The notes beneath the pieces are model-generated. The model was not told the origin of the DNA, made no database searches, and saw nothing but the letters and a program-made list of their open reading frames with translations. A stretch of 56,721 nucleotides of DNA, from positions 1 through 56,721 of the IMG/VR virus record IMGVR_UViG_3300027819_000014, one strand, 5' to 3'. The position numbers were made by a program, and so were the translations under genes. Source of the stretch: a virus (lineage: Duplodnaviria; Caudoviricetes). Shown in pieces: positions 18,895-27,092 of the stretch (its first letter is position 1; each line of letters begins with the position of its first letter).

Positions 18895-19074
18895 TTAAAT
18901 TTTACATTGATCGGCAATTTTCCTCATTGCGATTTGGTATTCCTCGTGCGTCGCTTTGGGATTGTCGGTTACCCATTGTGATTTCAGTACCTCGTACCGG
19001 GCAAAGTCCGGTCGGTAATGCGCTCTCGGTGCCGGGTTAAAGTAACGGCGTTCACGGAAGGCGATCGTTCTCAT
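18895..19074 (-). CDS. Hypothetical protein (59 aa; not in ORF track)
   Basis: MRTIAFRE..YEVLKSQW..NPKATHEEYQIAMRKIADQCKI*. Confidence 0.65.
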   Translation of the reverse strand: MRTIAFRERRYFNPAPRAHYRPDFARYEVLKSQWVTDNPKATHEEYQIAMRKIADQCKI

Positions 19075-19373
19075 GCCGCCTTCCTTATCGCTTCGTTGTT
19101 CCGGGCCACCACTTTCACCGTGGTGCAGGGCGTGGAGGTGGTATTGGCGGAGATAAACTGTGGCGAGAGCTTGGCGTAAACCGCTGCCATGTTCAGCCGC
19201 TTCCGCTTTCCGGACGTCACGGTGGCGCGGAACAGTTCGCCCTCGTACGCGCCATCTCCCCGCTTGGCGAGTTTGGCTTTAAGGTCGTCGGCTGTGGCGC
19301 TGAGGTCCGCGATGCTGGCCAGCAATTCGCCGAGTTTATCTACGTCTTTGCTGAATTTGAGCTGATTATTCAT
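19071..19373 (-). CDS. Hypothetical protein
   Basis: VDKLGEL..YEGELFRATV; preceded by the ACAACGATAAAGGA leader motif. Confidence 0.8.
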   Translation of the reverse strand: MNNQLKFSKDVDKLGELLASIADLSATADDLKAKLAKRGDGAYEGELFRATVTSGKRKRLNMAAVYAKLSPQFISANTTSTPCTTVKVVARNNEAIRKAA

Positions 19374-19402
19374 TTCGGTTTCCTTTATCGTTGTTGGGCT
19401 AT

Positions 19403-19642
19403 TTACAACAGGTGATGTTTCTTGGCGAAAGCTTCCAGCGCTGCTCGGGAAGTGAATCCGGCTTTTAGGGCAATGAGAGTGGTGAGTTTACGCCCTGAGT
19501 GCACCTGTATTGGTGACTTGATGACTTGGTATCCGTGAGATTCGAGCAAAGCCTGTTGTTCGTCCTCAGCTTTGTCCAGTGTTTGTAATGCCTTGATCGC
19601 CTGGCGTACAGCGACTTTCGTGGTGTGGGAAAGGGTGCTCAT
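19403..19642 (-). CDS. Hypothetical protein, paralog A
   Basis: 67/79 aa identical to 23932..24171. Confidence 0.85.
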   Translation of the reverse strand: MSTLSHTTKVAVRQAIKALQTLDKAEDEQQALLESHGYQVIKSPIQVHSGRKLTTLIALKAGFTSRAALEAFAKKHHLL

Positions 19643-19881
19643 CGTATCTCCATTGTGGTAGGATCAAGTACGGAATCTGCCGGGTGTGGCGCGTTGCCGG
19701 ACAGCACTAACTTCAACTCTCTCGTGAACGGTGCGACTTGGTGCGGGAGCAGATCGATTGTGCGTTTCGTGCCGTAGCGTTGTAACAATATGGTGACCAT
19801 TTCCCGGTGATCGGCAGATTTAATCCCGGCCAACACGGATTGAAGTTCGTTGGGCGGTCGGAGTTTGATTCTGGGTCTCAT
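19639..19881 (-). CDS. Hypothetical protein
   Basis: Start MRPRIKL at ATGA overlap. Confidence 0.6.
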   Translation of the reverse strand: MRPRIKLRPPNELQSVLAGIKSADHREMVTILLQRYGTKRTIDLLPHQVAPFTRELKLVLSGNAPHPADSVLDPTTMEIR

Positions 19882-20198
19882 GATGCTTCCGTCCGTTTCA
19901 CACACTCCGCGCAACGTGATAGCAGTTCCGCACGAGACCGGTTCCTATCCACAGAACCTATTTTTAAGTTGTCACGGTAATCGAGCGGAGAAGCGTGGTT
20001 ATAGCCACGCCTGACTAACTCTGCCGCAAGACGATCATGCCGCGATTGAAGTAACCGGGTATCCAACAAGCCCGTGGTGGCGTAGCCTTTCATTGAAATA
20101 CCTTTGCGTATACTTCCAGCGAACATGTGCATCTCAACATGCTCACCGAGCAGGTGCGAACGACACATAATTTTTGGATCGACGGGCCACATTCTCAT
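19878..20198 (-). CDS. Pyrimidine-dimer DNA glycosylase (DenV/endonuclease V-like)
   Basis: MRMW.VDP..MCRSHLLGEHVEMH..RHDRLAAELVRRGYNH.SPL. Confidence 0.75.
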   Translation of the reverse strand: MRMWPVDPKIMCRSHLLGEHVEMHMFAGSIRKGISMKGYATTGLLDTRLLQSRHDRLAAELVRRGYNHASPLDYRDNLKIGSVDRNRSRAELLSRCAECVKRTEAS

Positions 20199-20527
20199 GA
20201 TTGCTGTGCTTTGGCGAGGGCGGCGTGGGCGTTAGATCGGACGATTCTATACTCGTTATCCGATCCGCTGAAATCGTTGCGCTCCATTTCGCGCACACAC
20301 GCCTGCAAAGCCGCAAGCAGATCAGGCGCAGCGGCGATCAGCTGTGCATTGGCTCTTTGTGTGTCGTAATCAGGAGCAGAGATAAACTTTTTTGGGAGCC
20401 CTTCCTGATCCACATCTTTGTCTGCCATCCCGTAAACAATGTATCCTTGGGCAGAGTGGATAGAACAATAGTGCGCTGTATATCCACCACAAACTCGCCA
20501 TGGTCCAGGTGTAAATTTGTTTCTCAT
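20195..20527 (-). CDS. Phage protein of the TPGPW...ANA.LIAAAPDLL type
   Basis: Recognisable recurrent phage motif. Confidence 0.75.
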   Translation of the reverse strand: MRNKFTPGPWRVCGGYTAHYCSIHSAQGYIVYGMADKDVDQEGLPKKFISAPDYDTQRANAQLIAAAPDLLAALQACVREMERNDFSGSDNEYRIVRSNAHAALAKAQQS

Positions 20528-20528
20528 G

Positions 20529-21794
20529 TTAAAAGTTCTCCTGTATGTGAATGACGTCACCGAACGGTGCCTGATCCACGTGACTGGTGGATCCCCAGAT
20601 TACCGGGTAGGACGGGGTCTGTGTGGGAAAGGATCCGTACATATCCGTGAGATACACTAAGCAGTCAGGTTGGATTCCCGCACTTTCCACCCAATCAAAC
20701 ACCGGGCGGAAATCTGTACCCCCACCGCCACGCGGATGGAGTTCCAGCGGAAGATCATCCACCGTAAACTCAGCTACCCCGTTCACCTTCGCGTCGCAGT
20801 ACACGACATAGACGCGTTCCGGTTGGGTGTCTTCAATGATGGTGGTCAGTTCTGCTGCGAATTGTTCCAGCACTTTCGCACTGATACTGCCGGACGTATC
20901 TATCCCCACGACCAGTGGCCCTGCGGCTTCAGTCCGCATCCCCGGCAGGTACAGCCCACGACCGATAAACCGGCGATTGGGCGTGGACCAAGTGGAATCC
21001 GACCGGCTCACGCTTTGAAAGAACCGGCGAAGTTCCTCTCGCCAATCCACCTGCGGCTTGAGTATCTCGGTCACGATGCGGTCCAGTTCGGCCGGGAAGA
21101 ATCCTTGCCCCTTAGCGTTGTTGACCGCCTGCTGAACAGAAATTCTCCATTCCTCACCCTGTTCCCGGGATTCAGCCGGACTCAACGCCTGTTCATCTTC
21201 TCCCGTAGCGTCTCTCACCTCTCCAGTCGGGCTTGGGGGAGCCTTACCCCCGTTCCCGTCGGCTGCGGTCGGCTGTGATCCGCCTGGATCGCCTGGGGAG
21301 GGGTTTTGATCGGGTTCAGAACCCCCTTTTCCGTTTCCGCCTTCTGAGGAGGGCTTTTTATCCCCACCGGGGTCGTCACCGTCTTCCCCCTGTGGCTTCT
21401 GGGTGTTGAGCGAGGCGCATACCTCTTCGGCAGACTTGCCTTCGTAGGCGGGGTCGAATAGGGTGCCCGTGGGGAGCGGTAATCCGCTTTTCTTCACCAT
21501 CGGATTGATGATATAATCACAGGAATCATTCCAGATCTTCGGATCACGGTCACCACGCCGGAGTTGATGTTCCAGAGCACAGTGCATGATCTCGTGGGCC
21601 AGTACGCCTGCGCCTTCCAGGATCGGGAGGGTGTCGAAGAACGTTTCCGCGAAGCCGATTTTACGACCATCAACCCAGATGCTTTTGCAGGTCGGATCAA
21701 TTACGGGTTCCAGTGACATGACAAGTTGACCGAAAAACGGATGATCCAATAACAAGGCACGGCGGGCTTTGAGGAAGCTCTCAGGTAATTTCAT
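20529..21794 (-). CDS. DUF2201-type metallopeptidase + VWA domain protein
   Basis: HEIMH zincin motif, low-complexity linker, MIDAS DTSGS, GGGGTDF, YLTD. Confidence 0.9.
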   Translation of the reverse strand: MKLPESFLKARRALLLDHPFFGQLVMSLEPVIDPTCKSIWVDGRKIGFAETFFDTLPILEGAGVLAHEIMHCALEHQLRRGDRDPKIWNDSCDYIINPMVKKSGLPLPTGTLFDPAYEGKSAEEVCASLNTQKPQGEDGDDPGGDKKPSSEGGNGKGGSEPDQNPSPGDPGGSQPTAADGNGGKAPPSPTGEVRDATGEDEQALSPAESREQGEEWRISVQQAVNNAKGQGFFPAELDRIVTEILKPQVDWREELRRFFQSVSRSDSTWSTPNRRFIGRGLYLPGMRTEAAGPLVVGIDTSGSISAKVLEQFAAELTTIIEDTQPERVYVVYCDAKVNGVAEFTVDDLPLELHPRGGGGTDFRPVFDWVESAGIQPDCLVYLTDMYGSFPTQTPSYPVIWGSTSHVDQAPFGDVIHIQENF

Positions 21795-21840
21795 GTTGTG
21801 CTCCTTTATCGTTGTGTAAGGTCCCACAGCAGCAAGCCCG

Positions 21841-22026
21841 TCAGTATACTCGAGGTAACTTATCTGACGGTGCCACGCTTGGCGATGCTTGCGCTGTGGG
21901 TTGGCTGGTGATGAGGGAGAAGGGTCGGGTATCGTGAATTCCCGGCTTCTTCCGCCCTTTCGGCGTGCGGCACGGATCTCCTTCCTCCGCACCGCACGTT
22001 GGGCACTGATGCAGGATCAGTTTCAT
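21841..22026 (-). CDS. Small zinc-finger protein
   Basis: CPTCGA..GDPC..H..R. Confidence 0.7.
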   Translation of the reverse strand: MKLILHQCPTCGAEEGDPCRTPKGRKKPGIHDTRPFSLITSQPTAQASPSVAPSDKLPRVY

Positions 22027-22892
22027 TTCTTCGGCGATCCCATGAATGACTGCATCTTTTTCATTATTGATGCGGCATCAGTTGCGACTTTCTTCCGCAA
22101 TCCCGGGTCCGCCCGCACCACATCCGCCGTTTGCTTGGCGAGTTTGGTTTCGATCTCCTTCCGCATCTCCTCCAGTTTCGGGTCTCCGGTGAAGTTCAGC
22201 TTGGCCACCACACCGACGACTTCTTTCAGGTTTTCAAACAACGAATTGCGGAAGACGTTTTCTTCCTTGCTCAGCCGGTCTTTGGCGTGACTGACTGCTT
22301 CACCCAGGCGACGATATAAATCCTGCAGCGCGCCCTTCTGCAGCGTCTGCATGTCTTGTTCGGCTTGCGCTTTCAGTTCGGTGAGTTGTTGCTTCGGCAC
22401 GTCGATGCGCCAATCCGTGGTGGAGGGCAGCTGCATGACGATGATGTCCAGTCCGAAGCGCGACGCAATACTTTTCGCTGAAGGATAGTCCGCTGCGTTG
22501 GCGAGCTTACCCTGGAGCAGCATGCCTTCCTTGACCGCTGCGGTGTAGTTACTCACGATCTTTTGTACCGCCGCTTTGTGCTGAGTTTCGAATTTGCGCA
22601 TCGCCGTGAGGTAGTCTTGCAGCGCAGTGACCGGGGTCATCCGTACGCCACCGTCCAGCCACGGGAGCGTGTTGGTCATGTGATAGTCGTACGCCTGGGC
22701 CCGGACTTTGGAGGCGTCTTCCAGGTACTCACGCGGGATGATCGTCTTGTGGTAGGTGCCAACGCGGGCGTTCTTCGCTTCGAAATCCTTGGCCACTTTG
22801 GCGGTGGCGACCCGGTCCACCTTGCGGGCATTCCAACTGTGCTGGACAAACTTGACGAGTACTGCGCGTTCGGAGATAGTCTTGACAGCCAT
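22023..22892 (-). CDS. Helical partner of the MoxR/VWA module (DUF3150-like)
   Basis: TLPW.DGG.R, DYP..I..RF, FRNSL.EN, LNFTGDP; position between AAA and VWA genes. Confidence 0.7.
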   Translation of the reverse strand: MAVKTISERAVLVKFVQHSWNARKVDRVATAKVAKDFEAKNARVGTYHKTIIPREYLEDASKVRAQAYDYHMTNTLPWLDGGVRMTPVTALQDYLTAMRKFETQHKAAVQKIVSNYTAAVKEGMLLQGKLANAADYPSAKSIASRFGLDIIVMQLPSTTDWRIDVPKQQLTELKAQAEQDMQTLQKGALQDLYRRLGEAVSHAKDRLSKEENVFRNSLFENLKEVVGVVAKLNFTGDPKLEEMRKEIETKLAKQTADVVRADPGLRKKVATDAASIMKKMQSFMGSPKK

Positions 22893-22920
22893 GGTTGCGT
22901 TTCCTTTTGTGTTGTGCTGA

Positions 22921-23901
22921 TTAATGATTGAGAAGGATTGCTTGATTGCGCACCGTCCAGGAGATATAGCCTTGCGTCTCGGCCATTGCAGGATTCCGCT
23001 TGGTGATATCACGATATACCAGGACTTGAAAGTCCTTTGGAAGTCGATCAACGTACGCGAAGACGGCTTTGGCGGGTTTCACTTCTGCCTGGTGCACGAG
23101 CATGGAGCTCACTGCGTACAGCGCGGCCGCATTGTCCGGCACCAATGCGGTGTCTGGATGTTTGCAGATATCTTCGTAGTCGGGCAGTGAGCGGAAGACC
23201 CGGAAGAACCCGGTGAATTCGATCGCAGCGGCTTCTCCTACGGTGCCGGCGATGGTTTCCATAAAGCATTCATCCGCCATGCCTTGCTTCATGATGCGGG
23301 AAACGAACTCCCAGGAGCGAGGCGTGGGGAAGGCTTTCTGCGCCGGATCAAACTTGTGGAGCAGCTCGGGACGGAAGTTCAGGAACGCGATCACTGCCGC
23401 TTCCACATCGTGTGTCAGCGCCCACGCAACCCAGTCTTCCAAATGCACATCGTATTGAAGGTGGGTGAAGCGGTTGGCGATGTGGCTTGGCATCCGTTGG
23501 GTAGCAGCTCGGTCGGTCTCACGATTGCCCGCAGCCACTACGTCCCAGCCTTCCGGAAGTTCGTACTCGCCAATGCGCCGATCAAGGATAAGTGAACTGG
23601 CTGCGCTTTGTACGATTGGCACGGCTTGAACTAACTCATCCAGGAACAGGATGCCTTTGCCGGTACGTGGGAGGAAGGACGGAGTGTTCCAAACCGTTTT
23701 GCCGTTCAGGATGGTCGGGATACCACGCAAGTCTACTGCGTCGAGCAGCGGTAGGCGTAGGTCGATGAACTGGCGTTTCATGGCCTTGGCGACTTGGGCT
23801 ACGGTTTGGGATTTGCCCACCCCAGGCTGTCCCCAGATAAAGCAAGGCTGATGGGCGGTGATAAGGGAGGTGAGAGCGTAAGCGATGAGTGAAGGTTTCA
23901 T
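22921..23901 (-). CDS. MoxR-like AAA+ ATPase
   Basis: GQPGVGKS, LFLDEL, AAGNR, NRF.H, TPRSW. Confidence 0.92.
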   Translation of the reverse strand: MKPSLIAYALTSLITAHQPCFIWGQPGVGKSQTVAQVAKAMKRQFIDLRLPLLDAVDLRGIPTILNGKTVWNTPSFLPRTGKGILFLDELVQAVPIVQSAASSLILDRRIGEYELPEGWDVVAAGNRETDRAATQRMPSHIANRFTHLQYDVHLEDWVAWALTHDVEAAVIAFLNFRPELLHKFDPAQKAFPTPRSWEFVSRIMKQGMADECFMETIAGTVGEAAAIEFTGFFRVFRSLPDYEDICKHPDTALVPDNAAALYAVSSMLVHQAEVKPAKAVFAYVDRLPKDFQVLVYRDITKRNPAMAETQGYISWTVRNQAILLNH

Positions 23902-23931
23902 TTACGGGTTTCCTTTATCGTTGTGGATGAT

Positions 23932-24171
23932 TTACAGCAGATGGTACTTGCGGGCGAAGGCTTCCAGTGCTGCTCGGGAAGTGAACCCGGCTTTCTCGGC
24001 GATAAGGGTGGCGAGGGTACGTCGCGAGTGCACTCGTATCGGGGAGTCGATGACTTGGTAGCCGTGTGATTCTAGCAAAGCCCGTTGTTCGTCTTCAGCT
24101 TTGTCCAGAGTCTGTAGTGCCTTGATCGCACGGCGGACAGCGACCTTGGTGGTATGGGAAAGATTAGCCAT
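23932..24171 (-). CDS. Hypothetical protein, paralog B
   Basis: 67/79 aa identical to 19403..19642. Confidence 0.85.
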   Translation of the reverse strand: MANLSHTTKVAVRRAIKALQTLDKAEDEQRALLESHGYQVIDSPIRVHSRRTLATLIAEKAGFTSRAALEAFARKYHLL

Positions 24172-24397
24172 TTATACCACCACTTTTCTTGGCAAGGTCA
24201 ATCAGATGTGCGTCGATCTCGGCCACTGCGGAGTTGCTGAGGGCTTTGACAAAGCCTAAATGCCGAAGCATCATGATGAACAGATCACGTTGGTCACTCG
24301 GCGACAAATCTTTTGGTTCGAAGATGACGCGGATGCCTGACATCATGCCGGTGGTTTCTACTCTCATGAAAGATTCCTTTATGGTTGTGATGGACAA
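24164..24397 (-). CDS. Hypothetical protein
   Basis: Operon packing; start uncertain. Confidence 0.6.
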   Translation of the reverse strand: MSITTIKESFMRVETTGMMSGIRVIFEPKDLSPSDQRDLFIMMLRHLGFVKALSNSAVAEIDAHLIDLAKKSGGING

Positions 24398-24464
24398 AAC
24401 GCTACTGTCCCCACAAGCGAACTCCCTTCACTGCAGAATTCGCTTGGAGAACCGATTGCGCAAC

Positions 24465-25418
24465 TTACGCAGCCGACACCTTGATGAACTTGTGGTCAGT
24501 GTCCCAACTGATGTCGGACGCCGTGCCCCCGGCTTTCAGGAAGTCGGCGACGGTTTTTGCCGCTTTGTACAGCGAGAACCGTTTGTGGGAATCCGACCCG
24601 GCACGCTTCGGATTTTCTTTCACCAAGAGGGTGATCTTTCGGGTGTCGGCGGCGACGACGGTGGTTTTCTTTGCGGCTGCGGTTTTCTTGCTGGATTTCT
24701 TGGTACTCATAGTGGCGTTTCCTTTGTCGTTGTGTTGCGGGTTATTACTGCGGGTAGTTTCCAGATTGCTCTGGCGTTGCGCTCGGGCTGCTTTCAGGCG
24801 TTCAGCGGCGGCGGCTCGGGCTTGTTGCTCGGCTTCGGAAAGCTCCGGTATGGGCTTCCCGAGGATACGACACAGTTCACAGGTTGCAGCGTACGTCCGG
24901 ACGATCAGCGAGTCAAACAATTTCTGTGCTGCTTTCTTAAGATCGTACGGTTGCGTGGCGTCGTCTTTGTTCATCACCGGGTGCAGATCGGTGGTGCTGG
25001 TGGTTTCCTGATCGATCAGGATTCCGGTGCTCGGGTCACGGCGCGGGAGATCGTGATTGAGTTTGATCACCTGCATTTCTTCATCCCGCACGGTGAGGTA
25101 CCGATTGTGTCCGCTCTTCTCTTCCAGGAGTAGAAAGGTACGGTGATGACAATCCTGGAAGACGTACGGTTTGATCACTGGGATTTCTGGTGCTTTCCGT
25201 ACCATTACTCGGAGTTTGGCGTTGGAAGCTTTTCCGGCACGTTTCGCTGCCCGTGCGATGATTGCATGGTCGGCGTCGATGTCGGCAGCGGTCTTTTTTG
25301 GTTCCTTTGCCACTTTACCCTGAATGGCGTCGGAGTTGCGCTTCGCAGCTGCGTTGGCTTCTTTTGCAGACATCTTCTTGGGCGGCGGCAGCTTTTTGAT
25401 CACTTTCGGTTTGGCCAT
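24465..25418 (-). CDS. Lys/Ala-rich basic protein with probable internal in-frame start at 24710 (81-aa DNA-binding-like product)
   Basis: RBS before MAKPK; leader motif CACAACGACAAAGGA before internal MSTKKSSKK..NPKRAGS..RFSLY..DISWD. Confidence 0.75.
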   Translation of the reverse strand: MAKPKVIKKLPPPKKMSAKEANAAAKRNSDAIQGKVAKEPKKTAADIDADHAIIARAAKRAGKASNAKLRVMVRKAPEIPVIKPYVFQDCHHRTFLLLEEKSGHNRYLTVRDEEMQVIKLNHDLPRRDPSTGILIDQETTSTTDLHPVMNKDDATQPYDLKKAAQKLFDSLIVRTYAATCELCRILGKPIPELSEAEQQARAAAAERLKAARAQRQSNLETTRSNNPQHNDKGNATMSTKKSSKKTAAAKKTTVVAADTRKITLLVKENPKRAGSDSHKRFSLYKAAKTVADFLKAGGTASDISWDTDHKFIKVSAA

Positions 25419-25431
25419 GTGATTTTTCCTG

Positions 25432-25602
25432 TTAGTGGAGTGGGACAATGAAACCGTTGAACTGAGCAGCTACACGCTCTGCGGCTTCAACGGATTTGAA
25501 CACTTGTTGAAACGGCACGCCTCGGACGGTGGCGTACACTTTGGCCACGGCGCGACGGTAACGGGTTTTGGTGCAGCGGTTGAAGGTGGGTTGGATATTC
25601 AT
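25432..25602 (-). CDS. First gene of the early operon (56 aa; not in ORF track)
   Basis: CACAACGATAAAGGA leader; MNIQPTFNRCTKTRYRRAVAKVYATVRGVPFQQVFKSVEAAERVAAQFNGFIVPLH*. Confidence 0.7.
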   Translation of the reverse strand: MNIQPTFNRCTKTRYRRAVAKVYATVRGVPFQQVFKSVEAAERVAAQFNGFIVPLH

Positions 25603-25629
25603 GGTCGGTGATCCTTTATCGTTGTGGGT

Positions 25630-25659
25630 AAAAATGAATCACGGTGTGGAATGTGATTC
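25630..25659 (-). terminator. Terminator-like hairpin at the 3' end of the long leader
   Basis: GAATCAC/GTGATTC stem followed by ATTTTT on the minus strand. Confidence 0.5.
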
Positions 25660-26368
25660 CCTACAGCCGACTTCCTTTCCGTATTCACCGTCGGTCAGAC
25701 GTGTTGTTTCGGGAAGAGGGCTGCGGGAAAACATTCTTTAGGCGTTACTACATCTGCACATAATTATGTGCGTCACCGGATCAGCATCAACCTGGCGCTA
25801 CGTGGACGGAATTTATGGATCACTCACACTGATCTCACGTTCTATCACGGCTACCACAGGCTGCGTATCACGGACTCCATCGATTTGGATTAGGGAGTTG
25901 CAACCGTAAGGCGCGGCGACATAATTCACAGGGAGCAACAGTGGTGTCGCTGGGTGCGCTCCGTAGTGTTATCGGTTTCTCCGCGTCATCTGCGGCATCC
26001 CTACTGACATCTTCGGTCTGAGCACTCAGCACCTACGCTGAGCTAATTTTGTGTTGTATGAATATGGCACCGTACCAGCCGACCTAATTAAAGTGTCAGC
26101 GTCAAGACGGTTCGCATTTTGGTGGGGGGAACGGATTTCATCCCACTCAGTTTGGTTCGGTTGAACGCTTCAGCCGGTAAGGGCTTACTGCTTGTCGGTG
26201 ACCGCATCACGCGGGACCTATCAACACGGAAACTGAGTCCGGTTATTTATCGTCACCCTGAACTAGCGGAGAGGTCGGTGGCCTAACGAGTACTGGAGCT
26301 TGACTTTCTGCCCCGGAAGACCACCGATCCTCCGGGGGGTTGACCAGAATCACATCCTCGTTACTATG
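25630..26368 (-). ncRNA. ~740-nt structured non-coding RNA / leader
   Basis: No ORF of 60 aa or more; bounded by promoter and terminator; many nested stems with minus-strand G-U pairs. Confidence 0.6.
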
Positions 26369-26373
26369 CCGAA

Positions 26374-26403
26374 ATTATACTGCCGACATGTGCAATAAGT
26401 AAA
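26374..26403 (-). promoter_or_regulatory. Sigma70-like early promoter
   Basis: TTTACT-N18-TATAAT. Confidence 0.7.
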
Positions 26404-26467
26404 GTATTAAATCACGAGCTAATTACCCTAATTAAATCAATGGCTTGCAAGTGCCATAAATTCATCC

Positions 26468-26497
26468 TTTACGAGCTTACTTTTGCAGGGGTAAGAT
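26468..26497 (+). promoter_or_regulatory. Putative promoter of the packaging operon
   Basis: TTTACG-N18-TAAGAT upstream of terS. Confidence 0.45.
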
Positions 26498-26557
26498 TGG
26501 ACCCGGTGCCGGGGTAGACGATAGGGTAATAAATCATTATGGCGAAATTAGTTCAGT

Positions 26558-27082
26558 ATGAGTAACGCATCATCCGCATCCCGTTCCACTCCACGCATTA
26601 AGTTGCGTGGTAATGGACATTCCGCTCCACCGCAGCAACAGAAGAATAATTCCACTGCTGTATCACTCAGTACTAAACCTTCCAGACCCATTCTGCGTAA
26701 CGGTAATAGACTCATGAAGGGTACGGGTCCGTTACCCGGTGCGGGTGCACCTAAAGGTAGTCAGAATTATCGTAACGGTCGGCTGGTGAAGAATGCTTTT
26801 ATGGCTGAGTTGGCCAAAGTGTTCAAGTTGAAATCACGAGCCAATACTGTAGCGGGCTTGGAGGCGATCGCAGGGAAGGTGATTAAGTTAGCTCGAGCGG
26901 GCAGTATCCCTGCTGCCAGAGAAGTGTTTGATCGGATAGAGGGTAAACCAGCACAGATGATCATCGGTGATCCAGACAACCCAGTATTTTTCAAGGCTGT
27001 GGCGGAGATGTCAGATTCTGAACTAGAGCAAATCGCTAGAGGCTATACCGTGAATGGTGAAGCAACACGTGTTGATGAATAG
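26558..27082 (+). CDS. terS: Terminase small subunit
   Basis: GAPKGSQN motif, A..G.IPAAREVFDRIEGKP, MSDSELE; upstream of terL. Confidence 0.75.
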   Translation: MSNASSASRSTPRIKLRGNGHSAPPQQQKNNSTAVSLSTKPSRPILRNGNRLMKGTGPLPGAGAPKGSQNYRNGRLVKNAFMAELAKVFKLKSRANTVAGLEAIAGKVIKLARAGSIPAAREVFDRIEGKPAQMIIGDPDNPVFFKAVAEMSDSELEQIARGYTVNGEATRVDE

Positions 27083-27092
27083 GTGACTTTTT

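Noticed and set aside
24189-25133. 314-aa plus-strand ORF (similar cases at 4675-5367, 8962-9663 and 20670-21278)
   Set aside because: Shadows of well-supported minus-strand genes.
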